Shown here one piece after another: positions 19,584 through 26,500 of a stretch of DNA of 32,000 nt. The notes under the pieces are model-generated. The model was not told where the DNA came from, searched no databases, and was given only the letters and a program-made list of their open reading frames with translations. The position numbers and the translations under genes were made by a program. The DNA is from Candidatus Scalindua sp. (GTDB lineage: Bacteria; Planctomycetota; Brocadiia; Brocadiales; Scalinduaceae), in contig JALDRA010000001.1 in NCBI GenBank assembly GCA_031316235.1, positions 1,080,001-1,112,000 of the forward strand, written 5' to 3'. Numbering within the stretch: the stretch's first letter is position 1; each line of letters opens with the position of its first letter.

Positions 19584-20540
19584 TTACGCCTTAATTATTT
19601 CCAGGGATGATATCACCGAAACGAATATTTCCTTTTCACCCTTAAAGAAATCATCATACCTGTCACCATCAACCTGACAAAAAGTTTCTCCCGTAAATTT
19701 CAACCCCAGCCTATTCGTTTGAAACTGTATCATATCAGGAGAAACCGCATCAAGCGGTTTCTTAACCATCAGTGCATAAGCCATGTTTAGCCATTCCCGA
19801 AACCCCCGTATAATTGTCACTTCAAACTTTCCGTCATCCATCCTGCACATTGATGACAGCATTACGCCACCTGCGTACATTTTTGTATTTGTAACCAGAA
19901 TTCCGCAAAAACCTCTGGTAACAGAAATTACCTCAGTGACAAAATTTTGATTTTCATACTCAATTGTCACATCAAACGGTATCCGGTAAAAAAAATTCTT
20001 CGCGACAAGGAGTCCATAAAACACTTTTTTCGATAAACGATGAAAAACAGCCCTGAAAACCGGCTGAGATCTCAGCCGGTTAAAATCGCTCGATATCTTC
20101 GCATCACTACCGATACCAAAATAGTTTGAAAATATGTATCTCTTATTTAAACTCAGAATATCCATTTTTACAACCTCGCTTCTGAGTATCACCTTTAACA
20201 GTGCCCCCAATCCCTGCGATTTATAATAGTGAAGGATCCCGACAGAATTCGCCAGATCATTCCCCGTGCCAATGGGGATTATGCCGAGTTTCGGCTTTTT
20301 CTCCAAACAGCCTATCACGCTAACAACCTGTGACACCGTGCCGTCACCACCTGCAGCCACTACAATCTCGTAGTCTGAGAAGCGGCTATCTGCCTGCTTC
20401 CACCCACCCTCCCCGGAATACTCTATATCAAAACTGTCGCGCGCAATCACTCCGTCAAGTTCAGAAATAATATCCTTCCCGAGATGCTGCCCAGTCAATT
20501 TGCCGGAAACCGGATTGATTATAAAAAGTATTTTTTTCAT
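19584..20540 (-). CDS. diacylglycerol/lipid kinase family protein (YegS/BmrU-like)
   Basis: KILFIINPVSGK N-terminus, AAGGDGTVSQV and GIIPIGTGNDLA catalytic-domain motifs. It converges on the FGE-like gene with only 2 bp between the stop codons. Confidence 0.85.
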   Translation of the reverse strand: MKKILFIINPVSGKLTGQHLGKDIISELDGVIARDSFDIEYSGEGGWKQADSRFSDYEIVVAAGGDGTVSQVVSVIGCLEKKPKLGIIPIGTGNDLANSVGILHYYKSQGLGALLKVILRSEVVKMDILSLNKRYIFSNYFGIGSDAKISSDFNRLRSQPVFRAVFHRLSKKVFYGLLVAKNFFYRIPFDVTIEYENQNFVTEVISVTRGFCGILVTNTKMYAGGVMLSSMCRMDDGKFEVTIIRGFREWLNMAYALMVKKPLDAVSPDMIQFQTNRLGLKFTGETFCQVDGDRYDDFFKGEKEIFVSVISSLEIIKA

Positions 20541-20562
20541 CGGAATGCGGAATTCGGATTAT

Positions 20563-20617
20563 TATACTCATCTCATACTGGATTTCGGATAAAATCCGAG
20601 AAAAAATTGAGCGAGTA
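20563..20617 (+). repeat. 55-nt structured repeat, copy 1
   Basis: 51/55 identical to 20806-20860. It contains the hairpin TCGGAT-AAA-ATCCGA (20585-20599), and the outer arms TATACTC/GAGTATA can pair. Confidence 0.85.
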
Positions 20618-20649
20618 TACCTTCACCAGGATTTGATTCCCGGTAAAAC

Positions 20650-20674
20650 CGAAAACCAAATCGGTTTTAGTATA
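20650..20674. repeat. 25-nt hairpin module CGAAAACCAAATCGGTTTTAGTATA
   Basis: Identical to the reverse complement of 16085-16109. A related copy lies at 20948-20971 (TAAAACTAAATCAGTTTTAGTAGA). Confidence 0.8.
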
Positions 20675-20805
20675 TTCTGTTTTTATGCCGTAAGGATTCC
20701 TCTGACCAGGTTGGTACCGCTTCAAACCCGCCTGCCGTTTGTGGAGCAGGAAATGTGTATTTTAACCATTGCAAAATGCATAATCAACCATTAACATTTT
20801 AAAAG

Positions 20806-20860
20806 TATACTCAACTCGTACTGGATTTCGGATAAAATCCGAGAAAAAACAGAGCGAGTA
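20806..20860 (+). repeat. 55-nt structured repeat, copy 2
   Basis: 51/55 identical to 20563-20617, with the same central hairpin at 20828-20842. Confidence 0.85.
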
Positions 20861-21053
20861 AGGTCCTCGGCACGTTTTTGTCCGGGAAAAGTCCTCGGCG
20901 TCTGGTCCGGGGATACCGGCAACCAGGCTTTGGTTTTTAGAAAAATCTAAAACTAAATCAGTTTTAGTAGAGTATTTTTATTCATCGTGCTGCCAGGAGT
21001 TCGACCATAAAGAACGTGGTATCTGACACACGATATGAGGAGAAAAGATTTTC

Positions 21054-22142
21054 ATGAGAAATATAACCGATTTCGTAAAGAGCGCCTGGATCAGGCAATT
21101 GAAGGAAGATTGGAAATCCGCCAACTACAATTACTTTAAAAACTCCATGCGCCTGCCAAACCTTGAACTTTCAGATTCAGAGAGAACTCTCGGGAAATGG
21201 AGGGGTGGCTGCTACCGGTGCCTCACCGTCAGTACCCGCTTAATCAATACCTGCCACTGGGAATTAGTTCAAGATGTCCTCCATCATGAAATGGCTCATC
21301 AATACGTGGAAGAAGTCCTGGGCATACGCGACAGCAAACCTCACGGAGAGGTGTTTAAGAAAATCTGCAGGGAACACGGTATTGATCCTGCAGCAACAGG
21401 AGAAATAGAACCCTGGATAGAGGAGAGAAAAAACAGAACCACTCTTTTTCCTGAAAACCATGCGTTACTGGACAAGGTGCATAAACTTCTTGCGTTGGCA
21501 CAAAGCCCCAATGAACACGAGGCTCAGAATGCCATGACCAAGGCCCACGAATTACTGTTACGCCACAACCTCTCCCTGTCAGATATGCAGACCAGAGGAA
21601 ACTACATCCATAGACAGATCGGAGCGGTAGGCAGAACAAATCCCATCAAGTCCATTATCAGTGCCATGATCTGCAAATTCTTCTTTGTGGAAGCAGTTTG
21701 GACATTTGGTTACGACCAGCAGAAAAATCGAAGCGGCAGAGTTCTGGAAATTTACGGGACACCGGAAAATGTTGAGATGGCCGAGTATGTGTATGACTAC
21801 CTCCAAAACATTTCGGAACTTTTATGGGAAGAGCACCGGGAACAGAAAAAATTAAACGGAAATAGACATCGCCGGACTTTTATCTATGGCGTCCTGAACG
21901 GTTTCTATCGAAAGCTGGACAGCCAGGTGATTGAAAACCAGACTAAATCCCTCGTCTGGATGGGTGACCCGCGGCTCAGGGAGTTTTTCCACCGGAGAAA
22001 CCCCAAGCTCGTACGGACCTCCTCCCGGTATACGAAAAGTTGCCAGGACACCTACAATTCAGGAATTACCCAGGGGAAAAACCTGGTCATCCACAAGGGC
22101 ATTCATGATAATGGCAACGGGGAAGTTAAATTATTGACATGA
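21054..22142 (+). CDS. SprT-like zinc metalloprotease fused to a DUF2786-like domain and an uncharacterised C-terminal half
   Basis: HEMAH zinc motif at 21285-21299 in an SprT-like context (...LGKWRGG...LLHHEMAHQY...KPHGEVFKKIC). A DUF2786-like helix pair follows (LLDKVHKLLALAQSPNEHEAQNAMTKAHELLLRHNL). A GAGGAG RBS lies 11 nt upstream of the ATG. The stop codon overlaps the next gene's start (ATGA). Confidence 0.75.
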   Translation: MRNITDFVKSAWIRQLKEDWKSANYNYFKNSMRLPNLELSDSERTLGKWRGGCYRCLTVSTRLINTCHWELVQDVLHHEMAHQYVEEVLGIRDSKPHGEVFKKICREHGIDPAATGEIEPWIEERKNRTTLFPENHALLDKVHKLLALAQSPNEHEAQNAMTKAHELLLRHNLSLSDMQTRGNYIHRQIGAVGRTNPIKSIISAMICKFFFVEAVWTFGYDQQKNRSGRVLEIYGTPENVEMAEYVYDYLQNISELLWEEHREQKKLNGNRHRRTFIYGVLNGFYRKLDSQVIENQTKSLVWMGDPRLREFFHRRNPKLVRTSSRYTKSCQDTYNSGITQGKNLVIHKGIHDNGNGEVKLLT

Positions 22143-25048
22143 TAGATGAATTTATCAACAACCTGAAAAAACTCAAGGACTTCAAGAGACAGATCGTCCA
22201 TCACAAAACTATCACGTCAAGGGTTGCAACCTGCCGGGAGCTGGTACCGCCCCTCCCCCCTCCGTTACAAAAGGCATTGAAGCATTTCCGGATCACAAAA
22301 CTTTACCACCATCAGGCAGAAGCCATAACCAGGGTGAGGGAGAGAAAAAATGTCATCATTGCGACACCCACCGCATCAGGAAAAACGCTCGCGTACAACA
22401 TCCCTGTACTGGAATCTATCCTGAATGAACCGGAATCCAGGGCATTCTACCTCTTTCCCATTAAGGCCCTTGAACAGGATCAACTGAGGGGCCTCAAGAA
22501 ACTTATCTCCGCTCTTGAGGGTGATGGCATCACCGCCGCAATCTATGATGGAGATACCACTGCGTATAAAAAAAAGAAACTCAGAGAAAATCCACCAAAC
22601 ATCATCATTACCAATCCGGATATGTTCCACTCCAGTTTCCTGCCGTACCATTCCAGCTGGAACGATTTCTTTCACAACCTGAAATTTATCGTAATTGACG
22701 AACTCCACACGTATCGAGGTGTTTTCGGGTCGCACATTGCCCAGGTATTCAGACGCATCAACCGTATCGTGGAACACTATGGAGGATCCCCTCAATACAT
22801 TGCCTGTTCGGCTACGATCCCAAACCCTGAAGAATTTGCGAGCACCTTGACAGGGCTTCCCTTTGAAGTGATTGGTACCAGCGGGGCCCCGGAGCCGGTT
22901 CGTCATTTTCTCTTCGTAAACCCGGCCGAGAGTCCCTATACGGAAACCGTCTTATTAATTAAGAGACTTTTAGAGCATAATCTCAAGGTCATAGCCTTTA
23001 CAAAATCAAGAAAGATAACGGAACTGTTGCATACATGGCTTATCCAGCAGAATCCGGCGTTTGCACCGTACGTCAGCTCGTACCGTGCCGGCTTCCTCCC
23101 GCAGGAGAGACGCACCATAGAAAAGGATCTCTTTGAAGGAAGGATTAAGGCGGTCATATCGACAAGCGCTCTTGAAGTAGGCATTGATATAGGTGGTCTC
23201 GACGTCTGCATTCTTGTCGGCTATCCGGGTACCATCATAAACACATGGCAGAGGGGCGGAAGAGCAGGCCGGGGAGACAGCCCTGCCCTCATTATACTTA
23301 TGGCGCAGCACGACGCCCTGGATCAGTATTTCATGAAAAACCCGGAAGATTTTTTTGCCCGGGGATGTGAGAATGCTGTTCTGGATCCCTTTAATAAACC
23401 TATCCTGAAGGCGCATCTTCCCTGTGCGGCCGCTGAACTTCCAATCTCACCGGCAGAACATCTCTTTGATTTCCCAAGGATAGCTCCCGCCCTTGAAGAG
23501 CTCGTACATTCTGGAGAACTGCTCAGGGGAGAGGCAGACGGGAGCTATTTTTCATCACGGAGAAGGCCCCACCGTTTTGTCGATATTCGATCGATTGGTG
23601 AAGGGTACACGATCATGGAAAAAGGGACAAAACAGATCATTGGCCAGGTTTCCGGTTTCCGGGCATTTACCGAATGCCATAAGGGCGCCATATACCTGCA
23701 CCGGGCATCTCAATACCAGGTGGATTCAGTGGATATTGAACGCAGAAACATCCTGGTACAGAGGCACGAGGTCTCCTATTTCACGCGGCCAAAGAGCGAG
23801 AAAGAGACCGAGATCAGAGAGGTTACCGGATCGAAGCCCGTTGGAAATTTTATTGTAAGAAAAGGCACTATCAAGGTGACTGAAATCGTTACCGGCTACG
23901 AAAAAAGGAGCGTACGGGGGCAGATTCTTCTGAGCCGTCACCCCTTAGATCTCCCCCCACTTATGTACGAAACGGTTGGCCTCTGGATAGAGATCATACA
24001 AGAGATTGAACTCTCGGTAAACACTATGGGCCTGCACTTTATGGGCGGCATACATGCTATCGAACACGCCGTAATCTCCCTGTTTCCTCTCTTTGTCCTC
24101 TGTGATAGAAATGATATCGGGGGAATATCTACCACGTTCCATCCCCAGGTAAAAAGAGGTGCGATCTTTATCTATGACGGATACCCCGGTGGGGTGGGAC
24201 TGAGTGAACGCGGTTATGACTGCATCGAAGAAATCCTGACCGCAACACTCAAACTGGTGTCATCGTGTGAGTGCGAAACAGGGTGCCCTTCATGCATCCA
24301 CTCACCCAAATGTGGTTCGGGAAACAAACCGCTGGACAAGGGGGCAGCTATCGAAGTGCTTGAACAGCTCCTGGCAATAAAGCCCTTAAGTCCCGGGAGC
24401 ATTCCCGATACGGCCGTAACAGAAATCCCCGGATTACAGATGCCAGGAACCGGGATTGATGCGATTCCAAGGAGAAGGATATGCTACTTTGATCTGGAAA
24501 CCCAGCGCGGCGCTGATGAAGTTGGGGGCTGGCGCAATATTCACCTTATGCGGCTGGCCCTGGGTGTCATCTACGACTCTCTTGATGATGCATATCATAC
24601 CTATTTTGAAAAGGATGTGGGCAGATTGATTGAAAAGCTCAGGTCTGCAGACCTGGTAGTGGGCTTCAACGTGATCAGGTTTGATTACACCGTCCTTCAA
24701 CCATACACGATTCACGATTTACAGAAAATTAAAACATTCGACATCCTGGCAGACATCCACACAAGACTGGGATACCGCCTGAGCCTGAACCACCTTGCAA
24801 TGAGGACACTTAAGGTTGAGAAAACAGCTGACGGCCTCCAGTCTCTCAAGTGGTTCAAAGAGGGCAGGATAGACGAAATAGCCCATTACTGCAGTAAAGA
24901 TGTGGAGATCACGAGAGACCTTTTCCTCTTTGGCAACACAAACCGATATCTCCTCTTTGAAAAAAAGGATTGCGGAATCGTGAGACTCCCCGTGGAGTGG
25001 GAAGTTGAAGATATTATCAGGGAGAGGGAGAACCCCGGGAAAAAGTGA
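22139..25048 (+). CDS. MrfA/YprA-type SF2 DEAD/DEAH helicase with a DUF1998 Zn module, fused to a C-terminal DEDDh (RNase H-fold, MrfB/YprB-like) exonuclease
   Basis: Helicase motifs: Walker A ATPTASGKT (22361-22387), DELH (22697-22708), SAT, TSALEVGIDIG and QRGGRAGR (23249-23272). Four-Cys cluster CECETGCPSCIHSPKCG begins at 24266. Exonuclease motifs: FDLET (D at 24491, E at 24497), GFNVIRFD (D at 24683) and HYCSKD (H at 24884, D at 24899). Confidence 0.9.
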   Translation: MIDEFINNLKKLKDFKRQIVHHKTITSRVATCRELVPPLPPPLQKALKHFRITKLYHHQAEAITRVRERKNVIIATPTASGKTLAYNIPVLESILNEPESRAFYLFPIKALEQDQLRGLKKLISALEGDGITAAIYDGDTTAYKKKKLRENPPNIIITNPDMFHSSFLPYHSSWNDFFHNLKFIVIDELHTYRGVFGSHIAQVFRRINRIVEHYGGSPQYIACSATIPNPEEFASTLTGLPFEVIGTSGAPEPVRHFLFVNPAESPYTETVLLIKRLLEHNLKVIAFTKSRKITELLHTWLIQQNPAFAPYVSSYRAGFLPQERRTIEKDLFEGRIKAVISTSALEVGIDIGGLDVCILVGYPGTIINTWQRGGRAGRGDSPALIILMAQHDALDQYFMKNPEDFFARGCENAVLDPFNKPILKAHLPCAAAELPISPAEHLFDFPRIAPALEELVHSGELLRGEADGSYFSSRRRPHRFVDIRSIGEGYTIMEKGTKQIIGQVSGFRAFTECHKGAIYLHRASQYQVDSVDIERRNILVQRHEVSYFTRPKSEKETEIREVTGSKPVGNFIVRKGTIKVTEIVTGYEKRSVRGQILLSRHPLDLPPLMYETVGLWIEIIQEIELSVNTMGLHFMGGIHAIEHAVISLFPLFVLCDRNDIGGISTTFHPQVKRGAIFIYDGYPGGVGLSERGYDCIEEILTATLKLVSSCECETGCPSCIHSPKCGSGNKPLDKGAAIEVLEQLLAIKPLSPGSIPDTAVTEIPGLQMPGTGIDAIPRRRICYFDLETQRGADEVGGWRNIHLMRLALGVIYDSLDDAYHTYFEKDVGRLIEKLRSADLVVGFNVIRFDYTVLQPYTIHDLQKIKTFDILADIHTRLGYRLSLNHLAMRTLKVEKTADGLQSLKWFKEGRIDEIAHYCSKDVEITRDLFLFGNTNRYLLFEKKDCGIVRLPVEWEVEDIIRERENPGKK

Positions 25049-25411
25049 GAAACACACCCTTTGGTGAGAAACAAGAGCAGCTTCGTAATAATTTTTACCC
25101 ATTCCCTGATCTCCAGACGTGCAGGGACAAGCTTTCTCTTTCATGACAAGGCCAGGGCGTATTGAATCTGAAGGTGCTCACTACCAGGGAAGAACCAAAA
25201 ATAGAGAAGGATTCCCAGAAATGTTTTGACCCTATAAAGTCAAAACATTTGTCAGAAGCACCTGATGTTGAAAATATTACATAAGCTAACGCCTGTAAAG
25301 TTTGATCCATGATTTTTCCTTGTTTTTAATATTATAATTGGAATATGATAACGTTTCGCAAATGTAAATGAGATCTTACTCAAACCAGTAAAAAACTTAT
25401 TAAAATAGTAA

Positions 25412-25630
25412 ATGATGCGTTACAGGATTTTAATCGAACAAGATGAAGATGAAGTGTTTGTCGCTGAATGTCCAACTTTACCAGGTTGCGTTTCACAGGG
25501 TAATACACGAAAAGAGGCCATTAGTAACATTCGTGATGCAATAAAAGGATATTTAGAGAGCCTTAAAAAGCATAACGAACCCATCCCTCCTTCAATTCAA
25601 GAAGAAATAATAGAGGTCACAACTGAGTAA
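25412..25630 (+). CDS. hicB: HicB-family antitoxin (UPF0150-like)
   Basis: 72 aa with the typical HicB N-domain (YRILIEQDEDEVFVAECPTLPGCVSQGNTRKEAISNIRDAIKGYLESL). Confidence 0.8.
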   Translation: MMRYRILIEQDEDEVFVAECPTLPGCVSQGNTRKEAISNIRDAIKGYLESLKKHNEPIPPSIQEEIIEVTTE

Positions 25631-25847
25631 GTTACCAGTAATTTCAGGTAAACTACTTTGTAGGATATCAGAGAAAATAGATTATCAGGAAGATCATCAA
25701 ACAGGGAGCCACATCATTCTCAGAAGCAATAAAGCACCCTATCGCAGATTGACAATACCAAATCACAAAGAAATTGCTAAAGGAACATTACAATCTATTA
25801 TTCGGCAGCCGGGGTTAACTTTGGATGAATTTAAAAGGTTAATATAA
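25623..25847 (+). CDS. hicA: HicA-family mRNA interferase toxin with no ATG/GTG/TTG start (CTG start or pseudogene)
   Basis: My own translation of the frame with codon starts at 25623, 25626... gives LSKLPVISGKLLCRISEKIDYQEDHQTGSHIILRSNKAPYRRLTIPNHKEIAKGTLQSIIRQPGLTLDEFKRLI*. This carries the HicA GSH catalytic motif and the IP.H.EIA.GTL..I pattern. The frame opens after a TAG at 25611 and has no canonical start. It is absent from the supplied ORF track. Confidence 0.6.
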   Translation: MSKLPVISGKLLCRISEKIDYQEDHQTGSHIILRSNKAPYRRLTIPNHKEIAKGTLQSIIRQPGLTLDEFKRLI

Positions 25848-25934
25848 TTTCTTAAATTGTGAATTGTCTTTTCCTGACAAAGCAGTTTATATTTCTCTTT
25901 TTCTTTCCTTTGTTTGTAAAAAAGGGGGATCGAA

Positions 25935-26174
25935 ATGCAGTTCTGGGAGACTTATTGCAAAGTACTCGGGTATATCTGGCTTATAGTGACTGGCCTCCTG
26001 ATCATAGTGGGGATAGGAGCGGTCTGGATGCGGGAGGGTTCCTCCGGTGTTCAACACCTGCTGAGTCCGTCTAACGCGGTTAACTACATCGCAATGGCAA
26101 TCGCATTGATTCCGGGCATTGTCCTGCTGAAGTTTTCCAAGAATTTACAAAGCAAAGTAAAAACGAGAAAGTGA
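25935..26174 (+). CDS. small two-TM membrane protein, function unknown
   Basis: 79 aa with two hydrophobic helices (LGYIWLIVTGLLIIVGIGAVW; YIAMAIALIPGIVLL) and a basic tail. An AAGGGGGA RBS lies 6 nt upstream of the ATG. Confidence 0.45.
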   Translation: MQFWETYCKVLGYIWLIVTGLLIIVGIGAVWMREGSSGVQHLLSPSNAVNYIAMAIALIPGIVLLKFSKNLQSKVKTRK

Positions 26175-26270
26175 AAGAAGAGTTTTGCGTACAGGTAAAG
26201 CTATGTCTAGTTCTTAAAGGCTTAAACACTAATAAAGGTGACCGTATTCCCAGTTTCTCAAGAAACAGAC

Positions 26271-26460
26271 CCTTAGGGTTCAGGAAAAAATAACTTGTTG
26301 TTTTATAGCGCTCAGTTTTAGATCAGATTTGGTCAATCTGATCGAGCAGGGCCGCAGGCGTAGCCTGAGCTACAGCGAGGATACTGCGAGTGAAGAGCGG
26401 CCGAAGGTGGCCTGAAAATGAGATGCAAGAACGGCAAGTTATTCTTTCCTGAACCCTTAG
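26271..26460. repeat. 190-bp inverted-repeat element (MITE-like or structured RNA)
   Basis: The arms at 26275-26297 and 26435-26457 are complementary at 22/23 positions. Inside are a 9-bp hairpin GATCAGATT/AATCTGATC (26321-26343) and a GC-rich GGCCGC...GCGGCC stem. A related copy lies at 9143-9289. Confidence 0.75.
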
Positions 26461-26500
26461 CTTTATCTGATTATTTAGCCTTGTTAAAGTAGGGATATAG

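Noticed and set aside
21054-25048. Assignment to DISARM or Druantia
   Set aside because: The DUF1998 helicase is shared with those systems, but the other hallmark genes are absent from the window. These are the PLD nuclease DrmC, a methyltransferase, the separate DrmB, and the very large DruE with its partners. The helicase is closer in architecture to MrfA/YprA.
25095-25310. 71-aa minus-strand ORF divergent from hicB
   Set aside because: It has a plausible AAGGA RBS, but the sequence is Ser/Phe-rich with no recognisable domain and contains the 12-bp palindrome. The evidence is insufficient to call a gene.
25859-26074. 71-aa plus-strand ORF overlapping the small membrane protein gene
   Set aside because: It starts at a GTG with no RBS. 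The overlapping frame at 25935-26174 has a strong AAGGGGGA RBS and two clean TM helices, so that frame was preferred.
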